This document shows positions 1 through 13,382 of a stretch of 64,000 bases of DNA, in pieces; the stretch's first letter is position 1; each line of letters opens with the position of its first letter. Location: contig NC_087443.1 in the NCBI RefSeq assembly GCF_036321535.1, positions 18,290,001 through 18,354,000 on the forward strand. Reading direction: 5' to 3'. A model generated the notes under the pieces. The model was not told where the DNA came from. It did no database searches and worked only from the letters and a program-made list of their open reading frames with translations. The DNA is from Camelus dromedarius. Taxonomy: Eukaryota. The translations under genes were made by a program, and so were the position numbers.

Positions 1-1084
1 TGGTGTAAGAAGCATCCTGTAAGTGCCCTCTTCCTGCTGGTGGGCTTAATAAAGTAGAGCCCATTAAAGGCAAAGAAAAGCTGCTTGGTTTAAACTGAAT
101 CTTACAGATCTCAATCGAGCGCAATGAACCAATTGTTATCTAAAGAATATACACTTGGAATCTGCAGACTTTTTGAAAAATTACTTTAAAAACTCACTTG
201 TTCAGAATCTTATGTCAGTGAGAGTGAAGCGGAAAAAAAATCATACAAAGTCACCCATTAGAGGCCTTAGGTAATTAACCAGTCATTTTAATTCAAATTC
301 TCATTTACTATTTGAAGGGAATGGCCTCAAAAATGGTCTTCATCATTAATATTATTGGTGTTAAAATATGTAAACCTATTTTTCAAGACTCAGAGAAATC
401 TCAGTTACATCTCAACTGCAGGCGATGACACCCAGGCATTTTTACGACTTGCCTCTTGAAGCATCAGGGGGAAGGAGGTAATTTCTCACTCTTCCGGGAA
501 CGGTGCCCTGGTGCCGAGAAGCTTCAAGGAAAATCTGAGCAGAGCACCCCGGGGCAGCCTTACCTGATGCAAGAAGTCACACGTGTTTTATCAGATTCAG
601 GCTTCTTAATGTTTCCAAGCTAACAAATCAAATGTAGATTTATTCTCTGTTGCTCTTTCTTGGCTAAAAACTTTGGCTCGTGAATGCTTCCAATTGACTT
701 TTTATGGATCATACAAGTCATTGTGGACTGTTCACAAAATAATGACTGTTCTAAAGACTTTCTGATGCAGGAATGCTGTAAAAAGGGAGATGGACCAAGG
801 ATAATGCCCTGTTCCCTTAATGGACTCCCAAAGGTCTGGAGGAAAAAGTCTTGCAGAAACTTCTGGGTGGCCCCAGTTCCCCTGAGGCCTAATCTTCCAA
901 CTGAGGCAGATGCTGCTTTACCCTCATCCCCTGGTGACACAAACATGACTGCCAGGGCCACTGGGGGGACAAACCTAGATTCTACCACTTTATTCATTTT
1001 GTCCACTTGGACAGAGTAATTACCTGAATCCGGAAGAAAGGAAAAAATAATCAATCATATACCAAATATTGATTAAACACCTTG

Positions 1085-1453
1085 ACATTCCAGGCAGAGT
1101 CAATGTCTAAGGAAAGAGAAACCATCTCCCTCCCTCAAGGAGATCATGATGAAGGAGTGAAATACACAGCATGCTAGAGAGTAGTATGTGTGCTCCAGGG
1201 AGGGGCATTTTAGATGGTGGGCCAGGGAAGACCTCAGAGAAAAAATAATTTGTGTGTAAACCCTAAAGGAGGTGAACAAGTGGGTCCTGTAGACATTTAG
1301 GGGAAGAGCCTTCCAGGCTGAGCATGTACAAAGGCCCTGAGGTGGGAGTGGGCTGGTAAATGGGAAGAAGACTGTGACCAGAACAGAGAGAAGGAGGGAA
1401 AGTAGGAGGAGATGATGTCAGAGAGGCAATAATAGAGGCAAGATCATCTATGG
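1085..1453 (-). mobile_element. L2 LINE fragment
   Basis: Diagnostic L2 antisense words, e.g. 'gaagagccttccaggctgagcatgtacaaaggccctgaggtgggag'; boundaries approximate. Confidence 0.6.
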
Positions 1454-1675
1454 AAAGAGTTAGCACACTACAGCCCGTGGATCACATGTGGCCTGCTGCC
1501 TGTTTTGTAAATAGTTTTATTGGAACCTCAGCCATGCCCAGTGATTTATATATTGTCTATGGATGCTGTCAAACTACAATAGCAGAGCTCAGTAGTTGCA
1601 ATACAGACCATTTAGCCCACAAAGTCTAAAATACTTACTCTCTGGCCCTTTATAGAAAAGATTTATCAACCTCTG
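1454..1675 (+). mobile_element. MER58A-like hAT-Charlie MITE
   Basis: Follows the remembered MER58A consensus along its length ('gcctgttttgtaaatagttttattggaac...ctggccctttatagaaaagattt'). Confidence 0.8.
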
Positions 1676-3559
1676 CTTAAACAAACAGAGGTTTATTTTC
1701 CTCCATGGCAGGAAGTCTAGAGTAGGTGGTGAAGGCATTGTGCAGCAGCTCCATAATGTTAATGAAGATCCACACTTCTTTTGTTTTTGGGCTCCACCAG
1801 CTTTAGTATGTGGACATGTATCATAATCTCAAAATGGCTGCCAATGCTCCAGGCATTACACATTATATCCACAACTGAGACAGAAAAGCAGTGAAAAGGG
1901 GTATCCATCTGTTCCTCCTAAAAGGAAAGCAAAAGCTGTCCCTACCCTCCCTTCAACTCCCCTCCTCCAGCACACTTTTCCCTATCTCTTGGCCCAGAAG
2001 TATGTCATATGACCAATCCTAGCTTCAAAGGAAGCTGAGAAAGCCATGAAAAAGATTGTCAAGACTGACTTAATGGCTTTCAAACTTCTTTGACTGTGGC
2101 CCACAGTGAGAAACACATTTTATATCACAGCCTAATACGCATAACTAGAACAATGCAAACACATTTCATGAGACACAACTTACATTTACTATGTGTGCTA
2201 TACACTGCTATTTTCTAGTTTTTAAAATGCTAGTCAAATTTAATTTCATGACACACTGCTGGGCTGTGAGTACAGTATGAAAAATACAAGTTGTCATGAC
2301 CATGACTAGTGGCTGGCATGTTGCTGCTCCAGATAAGTTGCTTGTTCTTGCTCGCTCCTTCTCTATTTGTCTCTCTCTCAACCTTCCTTTCTTTCCCTTT
2401 CCTTCCTTCCTCTCCTTCTTTTTTCCAAAGAAGGGAATGTGTACTGGATTGACAACTAACAGTATACACAACACCCACCATAAGTCATCCTAAGGCCCAA
2501 TACAGTTCCATCGAATAGACAAGGGAAAGGTGATCCTTCTTCTGCAGGAACTGAGGACCCTGACAATGGACACTTGTGTCCCATGTAAAATGCAGGTAGT
2601 AACACCCACTCCCCAGGAATGTTGAGGGGCTTTTATGAGACCCCTGATGGAAAGCACCTAGCAGAGTGCCTGACACACAGTGGGAGTGCAGGACCCATCA
2701 GGTTGCTTCATCAAAGTCAGTCATCATTCCAGGCTAGTCGTGGCCCTGGAGACATAGCATCAGCTACATTAGCAGTCTCAAGTCAGGGAAGGCCCCCGGG
2801 AAATTGTATGTTACCCCAGAGCTATGTGCACTCATCCTATTGGATTGAATGAATGCTCAGTGGTTGAGGGCTCTGTTTACTTTTAAATCTTTTGGAAGCA
2901 CCCAAATATTGCCCTCAGCTTTGATGATCAGGCCTTTGGGCTGTGCAGTAGTGGAGGTCCCTGACCACGGGGATGCACTGAGCTGGCAGAGGATGGGCCA
3001 TTCTTCATGAATTCTTGGCAAAAGTCAGAGCTGGAAGATCCCCAGCCTACTCATCTTTAGCTCCCTCCTTTTTACAGGTGGGGAAACTGAGGCCCACTAT
3101 GATGGCAACATGGCAAATTCACACAGGAAGTAGATGGCAGAAGCTGATCTCTTTACCCTTAATCCAGCAGCCCTAACAATGGTTAGCACAGCCTCCCTCA
3201 AGTGGGGTCCAGAGATTTTTGTCTATATGGGCCCCTCCATTTTTCTAGAAGGCCATGACTCTAAAAAGATTAGGAACCACAGACTGAATGAAAGTGAAAT
3301 GATTTATCTTGGGGGGACAGGAGGGGCAGTCCCGAGATCAGGACTTGGAACAGTGATAAAAAAAAACAGAAATTGCAAATGTTTCCCTCAATCCCTTCCC
3401 CTTCCTTGCTACCCCACACCCCAGAATCACTGAACTATTCCTAGTTCCCCAGAAGGCCTGTGGTCTTCTGTCCTCTCTGCCTCCGCGCAGGCAAATCCTT
3501 CTGCTGAGGCGATGACTGGGAGAGAAGTTTATCTTCTCTTAATCATCGGAGGATCTGAT

Positions 3560-4340
3560 TTCTTAAATGCGGTGGAGCTCTGAGAAGCCACGCCAAGCAA
3601 ACAGCCGGACTGCACACAGGTGGCCCTCAAGCAAAAACTAACATCGCTCGGGGCTCTCTTGATAATCCTATCTCCTAACACGCACACTAGTAATTGCGGG
3701 GCCCGCACCGCGACCTTTGTTGGAAACTAAGGGTATCTGTGCCCCCAGGGTCCCTGACCTTAGCCCGCATACCGGACTCTCCAGACAGAATTAATTGTGC
3801 GCGCTTCCGGGCGCTCTCGGGGTTGTCCGGGGACACCTAGCAAAGCCAGCGCCCCAAACCCTCCCCGCTGCCCCTTAGGCACCGCCGGGAGCCGACCCTC
3901 CCGCGTGCGCCCTGGGCTGAGCTGGCCGAACAAGGTGACGTGACTCCATTGGCCGGTGTGGGGCGAGGGGCGGGAAGAGGAGAGTAGGGGCGGGGCGTAA
4001 AGGGAGTGACGGGGCGCCACGATTGGCCGGCGTGGCTCGAGGGGCGGGGAGGGGCGGGCCCGGCGCGCCGAGTCCAGGAGGACACGGGCAGCAGGCGCTG
4101 CGGCAGCATCTCGGGTGACAGCGAGGGCACAGCACCGTCAGCAGCTTCTGGACAGCGCGATGAGTGGACGGTGAGTGATGCACCGGCGGGAGAGTTCGGG
4201 GCGTCCACGGAGCGCAGACCCCCTCCCATCACCCCCAGGCTGAGGACCTTCCCCAGCCAGGGGCTCTGGAGTCTGGGCACCGCTGCTCCTTGGCTGCCGC
4301 GTGCAAAGTCTCCTCCCTCTGCCAGCCTGGCGCATTCTGT
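3560..4340 (+). promoter_or_regulatory. RASSF4: CpG island / RASSF4 promoter
   Basis: CpG-dense; GC boxes at 3967-3974 and 3987-3996; inverted CCAAT at 4022-4026; about 9 kb upstream of the first RASSF4 coding exon. Confidence 0.8.
4040..4170 (+). other. RASSF4: RASSF4 5' exon 1 (start approximate)
   Basis: Lies in the CpG island; consensus donor GGACG|GTGAGT at 4170/4171. Confidence 0.55.
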
Positions 4341-4854
4341 GCCTTGGGCCCAATGCTGAGAGTGGGCACTGCGCCAGGTACCTCTTCCAAGGAGATGGCA
4401 CTTTGGAAGCTACAGTCTGAGCATGGCAGGTGTGCAGGGCCACAGGCCACATCTTTGCCCACCTTGTCTCTCTTCTTAACCAGTATCATAGAAGCATGGA
4501 TCTTAGAATTATGGGGAGAGGCTCGTAGTGCCTCTGACACAATTCTCAGATTTCATGAATGGAAGACCAACACCAAAATAATAGCAGGACCTCACAATCG
4601 TTTATAGAGGATTCACCTTGTTCCCAGACCTGTGTTAAGAGCCTTAGCACAATATGCCACCTACTTCTCACAGCCTTGATACTTTCATTATTCCCATTTT
4701 CAGACGAGAAAACTGAGGCTTAAAGGCTTATGGAATTGTCCAGTTTTACCCAGATGAGTCAGTGGTGGAGTCAGGATTTTAACCCAGGTTTTGTTGTGGC
4801 AGCTCTCATTCGTTTCACCCACTGACTTCAGCGCTCACCCTGCCTGCCACCCTG

Positions 4855-4884
4855 CTCGCCCTCGCCCTCGCCCTCGCCCTCGCC
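4855..4884. repeat. (CTCGCC)5 hexamer microsatellite
   Basis: Read directly. Confidence 0.9.
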
Positions 4885-5302
4885 CTCTCTCTCCTGACTC
4901 TTAGTCCTTCTTCCCACTCTGGAGAGAGATGCCTTTGTTTTATCAGTCAGGCACAGCCCTGGGGGAGGGAGGGCCTTCTCTCACATCAGTGAGATCAGTG
5001 CCAGGCCAGTGCCACTGTTTTCTTCAAACACCGTAAAGAGAGCTTTAGTAACCCCACTGCACAGAGGAATTAAAAAGGGTCACAACAGGTGAGGGCTGGG
5101 ATTCTGGAATTTGAACCCAAGCTGGTGGGATTCCAAAGCCATACACTCGCACTTGCAGAAAAGACCCTGACTAGCTTCTCTGTAGTTTAACTGCTCATAG
5201 CACAATCTAGATTTGTTGCCAGAAGCCATGAGTAAACAATAACCACAAGGAAGAAAACAGATCTGCCTGCCTTCTGCTCCCCTGAGTAATTCCTTAACCG
5301 CT

Positions 5303-5400
5303 GCCAGCAGGCCGGGAGGGGCTGGGGGAAGGGAGGGAGGAAGGAGGGGCTGGGGAGGGAGAGGCTGGGGAGGGAGAGGGGACGAAGAGGAAGGAGAGAA
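5303..5400. repeat. G/A-rich low-complexity tract with multiple G runs
   Basis: Read directly. Confidence 0.8.
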
Positions 5401-6019
5401 AAGATGAATGCCTTTAACTCAGGTTAAAAAATTTCTGGCTGGAAGTTGTCTTGGGGTGTGTTTCAATACTGTCAGTACATTTTCATCAGTTTTTGTCATG
5501 ATTCCATCTGTGTGTAGTGCAGGTGGTTCAAGACTTTGCAGTGAAAGAGAAATTAAAGCATCACTGAGAGCGGGGAGGTGGGGCCCCATCTCCACCAGGA
5601 GATTCCAGCAGGTGGCCTGGAGGTGGAGAACAGAGTGAAGGTCCCAGGTGCCCCTGGGTCAGAGTCAGCTGGACAATGACCTGTGATGATAGAGCATGAA
5701 CAGAACTCCAGTGTGTGTTACAGTTCAGATCCTGTAAATGGAAAGTCTTAAAGGGGAGACCCCAACCATATGGTCTACCAGAAAGTACTCTGGCCTGGGC
5801 CCTGGTTTTGAGAGTGAACTCAGCCAGATGCCATGGCTCACAGACACTCCTGCTGAGGTCTGTCAACCTCTCTGAGTCCCACGTTCCCATCTCAACAACC
5901 TCACTGTCTCTCTGGAGCCCCTGACTCCCATTGTGACCTCTCCTGGGAATTTCTATTCATTATGGGGGAACCCCAAATAAGGTTCTTCTTGCCTGTTTCC
6001 TCCTTCACCTTTACAGAAG

Positions 6020-6130
6020 TCAATGATTCAACTAATGAGGAGTCTGAGGTTCAGAGAGGGCAAGGGACTTGCCTAAAGTCACACAGGTAAAGAGTCACAG
6101 AGCAGAGCTTTAAACCCAGATCCTTGCCAA
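6020..6130. mobile_element. MIR fragment
   Basis: 'gaggagtctgaggttcagagagggcaagggacttgcctaaagtcacacag...tttaaacccaga' is MIR core. Confidence 0.7.
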
Positions 6131-9100
6131 GGCTGATGGTGATCCTATGACAGAGTACACTGGAAAAAATGGTTTCAGATTGTTTTACAGTAAATTAAAG
6201 ATCAAATAGGAAGTGGCTACACTTCCCAAAGCTTCTGGAGTTTTTTCACTCTTGTTAAAGGGGAACTTGCAGTTTGCTCAGTCTCCTTTTCTGGCTGGCT
6301 GACCTCCTTCCCCAGGATGCACTGCTGAGAGAGATTTGGAACCCCCTCCCTTTGCCTGGCCTGACCTTGTGAGGTGAGAATGAGGGGGTCATACAGCTCC
6401 ATAGCCACAGAGCTGGAAGAGACCCAAAGATACCTTAAACCAACTGCAAGTACAATCCTGGCTAAACTGAGACCCAAGAAATGGCGCAGCAGGCTGAAGT
6501 CGCAGGCCAAGTTGATACCCTGGCAGGACTCACACCCAGACTTCTCTCTAGGGTGCCCCTTTGCCTCCTCTCTCTTGCTGTGATGAGTTTCAGCAGAAGC
6601 CCTTTACCTGGGATCTGTGGATCCAGGGCACAAGAACAGGGGCTTCCTGACCCTACCACAATGGTGTGCAAATTCAGCGTGTGCCTGTGTGCACACTCAT
6701 GCACACACAAGCATTTTTCTGGGGAGAGTGTGTTAAGCTTTCAAGAGACTCCAAAGGGCTCCATGGCCAAGAAGATTCTGAACCGAATTGTGTCTCACAG
6801 GAAACCAGCTCCTGCTGGTGCAGCGGGGAGCACTGGCTTGGGGGTATGAGATGGGGGACAGCCATGCAGAGCACCCAGTGCAGCCCTGGGGCAGCTGACC
6901 CCTAGCATGCAGAGGGCCTGCACCTCTGGCCCCAGGCAATCAGGATATTGGCCGGTAGTCATTCTGAATCCCTGTTTGGCCCAAAAAGCATGGGAGTATT
7001 CCTCTTTCCACAGATCCCTTCCTCCACGGCAAGAGGGGAGCCCATTTGGGTAGGGAGAGACCCACAGGGCCAGGGACTGTGTGTGTCGGGGCTGGGTCAG
7101 GAAGGAGCCAGAGAATTGGAAACACTTTCTTGCCCCAGGTTGCCCTTGCCCTGAAGCAAGGGTGGAAACTGAGATCTGGCTGCAGGGGTCTGAGTGCAAG
7201 AGGGCTTCTAGGTGGAGGCTGTCGGGCAGTTTGGGAGGAAAGCCAGCCTGCGTGGGTGCAGAAGGCAGGCTCTTCAGAGGAAGAGCAACGTTCGTTCGTT
7301 GTCAGAGAGGCCTGGTTGCTGGAGGGGGCTCAGGGGAGAGGAGTTGGTGGAAGCGCAGGACCTTGGGGGAGGGGTGGGGGGAGGATACGGTATACAGCCA
7401 GGGGGTGGACCCAAGGGAAGGCGGTGGCTGGAGGTGCCTAGTGGCTCTCCCTCCAAATGGACTGCGCATAGTGTCTTCCCTGGGCTCCCAAGCAAGCGCC
7501 TAGCCAGGAGCCCTGAGCTGCCAGGGCTGGAGCAGGGAGGTGTGGCCAAGCCAGAGTGCGTAATGATGGAGGAGGGAGGGAGGGTGGCAGAGGTGGGAGC
7601 CACAGCTGCTGGGTCACTGCCTGCCATGCACATCCCAACAGCTGGCTTCCTCAGCAAAAATGTGTTGCTGAGGGGTGGCCTATGTCTGGCCAGACCCCCT
7701 CGCACAGGCAGCTGGTACCAGCAGGCACTGCAGCTTCCTCCCCAGCCACGCTTCTGCCATTTGCTGGTGAACAGGTGCTAGGGAGAGCCCACTTAAAGGT
7801 TCATTGTTTTCCCCGCCTTCCTGCTGGCCTGGCCAAGGCTGGCATTTAAAAGTTGTAGCCAAGGGCTGCAGAGCAGAGGCCTCAGGCTTCCTGGGAACGC
7901 CTGGTAGTGCGGCCAGCACCTGCCCTCTCCTTCCCAACCTCCTACCTCCTTCTAGTCTGAGCAGCCTGGGCTGGGAGGCTCCCAGCTGTGCCCCACATAC
8001 TCTGTCCCCCTTTTTTTTTTTCTCCCTCATGTCACTTTCTTTACAGATTTGACTTTAATCATGCTGAAATAAGAGCATCCGAGTCTGAATTTTTTAAGAT
8101 GTGAGAACAGAGGTTTACCAAGAGCTCAGATGACACAGACATCCTCAGAACATTTTAATTGGGATTCCGATACCTTTTCCATTTTGCCCAGTGAGGACTT
8201 GGAGGGACTGGAATGCAGGCAGCACATCGTCTTGAAATAAAAGGCTTTCAAGTGCAGTTGATTGAGCTTCATGAAAACGCCACCTCCGTAGCCTTCCTTC
8301 CCTGCTTTTACCGCTGGCCACTAGGCATTGGGCTGTAGTCATGGCCTGAGGAGCCACAGAGCTGCCTTCTCCTGTGATCCCCGGCTCCACAGCCACAAAA
8401 GGGGGAAGATGGGCCAAGCCAGGCAGTTGTAAAGGCTTCAGTTTCCTTTGTCCCAGACCAAAGGCCAGGGACAATAGCGAGGGCAGACAGCGGGGCCCAC
8501 TGTCCCCAGCAGCACCCCCTCACGGTTGGCAGAGCGGCCACTGAAGTGGAAAGCAAAACAGTTCACTGCCTGTTCGCTGCGGACAGGCGACCGTGGCTGG
8601 CATGCCGCCCTGGGGCCCCTCCTCAGGGGGACAGGGAGCCCTGGCTGCCACTTGGGACCTCTGGTTAGGTACAGAGCCTCCTCCAGTCAGGGAAGCCAGT
8701 GTGGAGGCCTGAGCTGTGTGCCCTGAGGCCTGGGGGGAGGGGAGCAGGCAGGACAAAGAGGGCTGGACTTCGAAGAGCCACAGGGCTTGGCCTGCCCCGC
8801 TGCATCTGTCACTCTGGGCTTTGCAGATGCCAGGATGGCAGGCCAGGCCCTCCCATCCTCTCCTGATCCCTGCTTCAACCAAAGCAGCCTTGCTTTAATT
8901 CACGTGCAGATTAAGCTTCTCCTAGGGTTTTATTTACAGAGAAGACTGTGCTTTTTATAAAGGTAGAAACACACTCTGTTGGAGATTCACTAAGGATGAA
9001 TGCCCAGTATACAAGGAGAGTCAGTGTTTAAGGGGCAGTTTCTGGAACATGTTCCAAATGGAGAGCAATCTCCGTTGGCTTTCTTCCTGGAGCAGGTGTG

Positions 9101-12100
9101 CTCACTCTCCCCGCCCCACCGAGCTCTCTCATTCAAGTTACCTCGACGATGCCTCTTAGGTACACGTGCAGCTCTCTCTAGAACTGGACCGGACACTGGG
9201 GATATCAAAATGAATGAAAACCCCTTCGACCTTCAGTCTGGTAAAGGGCACACAAAGGCAGTGTTGGCGTTTGGAGTGCAATTCTGTGAGCTACCCCAGA
9301 ACTCAAGTCTGGAAAAGCCAGGAGATGGAGGTGTTGCCTACTTGGGATGAGGGGATGGGACATGGAAGAACCAGTGACCATGTGACTTGCTTTGGGCCAC
9401 ACCTATGATGGATGTCAGAGGACACGGAAGTATGTGGTTCTCTCAAAGAAGAGACTGTTTTTCTATGGGGCAGAGGTTCCTACCCCACAAGGCTTACAGC
9501 CAGCTCTGCAAGTTGGAAGAGCCCCCATTTGTGGGCCCTTTGTTGCCTCCCCCAGCCTTGCTCACTTCCCTCATTCCTCCCCTGGGATAGTGTACCCTAG
9601 TCTCTTTCTCTGCCCCGTAAGCTGTATACCCTACCAGCTGCCTTCCCCTTTCTCTTTTTACTTTGCTATCTGCAATCCAGGACCCTGCTCTACTTTGCTC
9701 CTGATTTCCTCCTCTGAGCAGCTAATGTCACTCAACTCCAGCTAGAGACACTCAGCACGTTGGTCATGTCCTTTAAATAAGCGGTCTCTCGAGGGTAAGG
9801 CACTCCTCAGCTGTGTTACTCAGCACAGTGCTTTGCAAACAGTATTATCCAGAGCCCTAGGCAAAGCAGTGGATGGGGTTCCCCCCTGTCACCCCCCTCA
9901 CCTTTAACCAGAGCAGCTCCCTTTCATCTGATTTGCATAAACATCCCAGTTGAACCAAGAGTTCTACAGCTGAGAAAATTCTAACCCCTTGGAGAACAAT
10001 ATTTTCATTTCACAGATGGGAAAATCAAGTCTCAGAAAGGAAAAAGCATGCAGCTAAAGCTCCTCAGGTCTTGAGCATCTCCCAGCCAGCCCAGAGCACT
10101 TTAGGAAGCATCTTCTGTTAATAACTAATCCCTGCTTGATTATAGAGAATTCCACTTATAAATGTCCCTACTAAATAGAGCAAAGTGGGCAAAGTCCCCA
10201 CATGCTGTGGGAGAATGAAAGTCCTGAAAACTGAGTCATGTCATGAATCAGCAGTTTTATGTGTATATATGTATATGTGTTCATTTTAATTGAATTATTT
10301 ATTGCATTAGTCAGGATAGTCTAGGTTATGCTGCAGTAACAAATCCCTGAAACACGACGGGGTTCATTTCTCTTTCCCAGTCCACATCTGCTGTGGATTG
10401 GCAGGGGATTTCAGTCCACAGAGACACTTGGGGGCCCTGGTTGGCCATCAAGAATCTGTCCTAATTAGGACATGGGGCTTTCTGGGTCACCACGGATGGG
10501 AACAAGATTGCTTCAGAGTCACACATTGACTCAAGTGCACTGGCCTGGGAGTGACACACAACACTGCTGTCAGCGGAGCTAGTCACACGGCCCAGAGCTG
10601 CAGAGGTCTGGGGGAGGTGAGCTGCCCTGTGGTCATTCCAGGGGCAGTAACTGTCTCCACCACAGTCCCCCAACTTTAACCAGTGGAACATAGCCTATAA
10701 AAATCCAGATTTCTGGCTTCTCATGAAACATGAGAAGAGCTTCCCTTCCGGAGGAGGACTGTGTCCCCAGTTCCCCACAGATTCCACTGCCCGGTGTCCC
10801 TCAGCCCGGTCACTTCCCTGGCCCCTGGAGACTCTTACATGATTTATTCCAGCTGTCTGTGCACAAGTCTGAGAAAGCTGGCTTTGGGGGGTGCCATGAG
10901 GCTTCTTGTATCCATCCAATAATTTAACAGCCATGTATGGGCCTTCGGCAGGGTGCTGGGGTCACACCCCATGCTAGAAGCAAGCAGTGAGGCAGAAAGG
11001 CAGCAGCCCTGCCACACCACGCTTCTCTTCTCCTGGGAGCATCCAAAGAGGCAGGCCCTGCGCTGGAAAGCCTGGGGCAGGTGCTGCTGATGCTGCAGGA
11101 GGGGGTGCTGCCTGGTGGAGGGCTTCCTGGAGATGCCGACATCAGGGTATAGGACGGGGAGGAGGCCGTGTTCTGAGCGGAGAATGGCTGTGAAAGCCGA
11201 AAGGCAGGAAAAAGCACAGAAGCTGTTAGGGGAACTGGGAGCAGCTCAGAAAGGCTGGAGCTCAGAGCCCGAAGCAGGAGCTGGTGGCGACAGAGGAAGG
11301 CCAGAGAAAAAACCACCTCCTGTTATTTCAGGGTAAATCTAGCCCTTCCTCTAATGAGCTTGCGTAAAGCAAGACATGGTTGTCACAGACCCACAGAAAC
11401 AGGGTGGATGGAGAAACCTAGCCTCACCCTGGGCTGAAGCCAGCTTCTGCAGCGGAAGCATTGGAGGAACTGCCCAGAGAGAGAGGCGGGCAGATCACTT
11501 TTTCCATAGGAGAGCTGAGGTGCTAAGGAACTGAAACCCTATTTTGAAATAGGCTGAGAAGAATGCAGCTGGAGGTCCCCAGGTCCAGGCCCCCAAGGTG
11601 CCAGAACCCTGTGCCCTGTGGAGAGGGCCTGGCTGCTGGCCACCCCTGGGGACCCATCCTCTCTGCAGGCCAGTTTGCCTCACTGGAGACCAAGGCATAA
11701 GGGAAGTAATTTATGGGATGACCCTGATGTCACTGGGAAGCCCACATCCCTCAAATCATTCCCCCTCTCCATGCCAACCGTGCGTCCCCTGCCTCCGGAG
11801 TCAAACACTCATTCGGGGCCGATGTCAACGCAGAAGGCAGGCTCTTGTCTGTGGGTGGTTTCAAGCAATCAGGGAAAGAGTGTGCGGGGCTGGTGGGAGT
11901 CAGTGCCCAAGGGGACAGGTGCTCTGCAGTGACAGGCTCCACTCTGGGGCCACTGATATGATAGCACTTGGACCTGACCCCAACTCCCCCCACAGTGGCA
12001 CTGGCACACACACAGGTTAGGTACATGTGACTGTGTGAACAGATGTTGGGGCTATGTGAAGGAGCCTAGCGCCATGGCGTGAAAGACACACCACGCGCCA

Positions 12101-12191
12101 TGTCTGTGCCACCTCCCAGTGCAATGGAGCCCCTCCAGTTCCTGGCTGCAACTTGGGAGGAAGGAGTAGAGGCAGGGTCAAGGTTAGAGTA

Positions 12192-12217
12192 TGTGTGTGT
12201 GTGTGTGTGTGTGTGTG
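12192..12217. repeat. (TG)13 microsatellite
   Basis: Read directly. Confidence 0.95.
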
Positions 12218-13320
12218 AAGCTGTGACTCAGTGCCCGATGCCTGGGGACCTTGACAAGAGAGTACTCGGCCAGGACAATGCGGAGAGAGAGGGGGGTAGA
12301 AATCTGTACATAAGATGCCAACAGGATAGAGAAAGCTCTGCAGATTTAGCCTCCATGAAGGAATCCAGGAGGGCTGAAGAAGCTCCCCAGATCTTTCCAG
12401 GTTGTGAATGAGAAGAGATAGAGACCACTGCATGTGTAAATCCACTAACTACACCATAGGGTAGAGGTTACTCCATTGTCCAGGTGAGACCATGAACAGC
12501 CCGGGGGTTTAAGTCACTGTCCAAGATCAGTATAAAGAAGGGGTCAAAAGACCAAAATCTAGGGCCTAGATGCTTGTGTTCAAACAGTGAGTTTGCCATT
12601 TTTTCACTGGGTATCTCGGGCAAAGCATCTAACTTCTGTCCTTGTTTTCTCATCTGTGAAATGGGAATAGGACGGTACTTACTTCATAATGGTGCTGTCA
12701 GGAATAAGTAAGATAACTCATAGACTGTGCTCAGCAGTCTCCAGCACGTAGTGAATGTGGTGCCGATTAGCCCTTCCCTAGGAGAGCTGGCCCACGGATG
12801 CTGGCTCCAAAGGCAGTGACAGGGCGATCTCCTCAGGCTCAGTAGGAATGGAGGAGAAAGTCCCGGGGCGATTTGGAGATTCGGGAGAGCGATCGAGGCA
12901 GAAACCATCGTTTACAGTGTCCTAGCAAGGAAAGAGCACAGAGTCTGAAACACTGAGGAGACTGGTCGGATTCCTAGGGATTACGAAGAGGTTTCGGGAG
13001 GGACAGTGATAGGGCAGTTCTGGCCCGGCCCTGCCAGGCTGACAAATGTGGACGTGGGGTCCCAGTAAGTCCTCTGGGACTGACCCTTCAGTCTCAGCCA
13101 CCCTGGGGGGAGGGGGCGGGGGGAGGGTAGGGAGTGAGGTAGGGGATGGGAGAGGCTGGGATTGAGAAGGCGGGGGAGGTGGGAGGTGAGGCAGGGACTC
13201 CAGCCTCTGCACCAAAGCTCTGGACGAGGCACTGGCCATCTCTCCTCCCGGCTTACCTGTCTGTGGGCCCTTCCCTGTGTTCCGGGCAGGTAACTCCGAA
13301 TCTGCAGACAAGAGGACAAG

Positions 13321-13382
13321 ATGAAGGAAGACTGTCCACCCAGTTCTCACGTGCCTGTCAGCGACAGCAAGTCCATCCTGAA
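13321..13382 (+). CDS. RASSF4: RASSF4 first coding exon ([21 protein letters not shown])
   Basis: ATG at 13321; donor AA|GTAAGC, phase 2. Confidence 0.95.

Noticed and set aside
620-1054. Overlapping ORFs on both strands (144 aa minus, 111 aa plus; the plus ORF has a somatostatin/cortistatin-like 'RKKSCRNFW')
   Set aside because: No recognisable family and no coherent exon structure. The peptide resemblance lacks the FWKT core and the closing Cys.
1-3500. TMEM72, expected upstream by synteny
   Set aside because: No TMEM72-like coding sequence found; it probably lies before the window.
3760-4607. Multiple 100-150 aa ORFs in the RASSF4 CpG island (likewise 44041-44789 and 7046-7849)
   Set aside because: Stop-codon scarcity in GC-rich DNA; no homology except the short C10orf25 segment reported.
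9045-9054. Perfect p53 half-site GAACATGTTC
   Set aside because: No adjacent second half-site; expected by chance.
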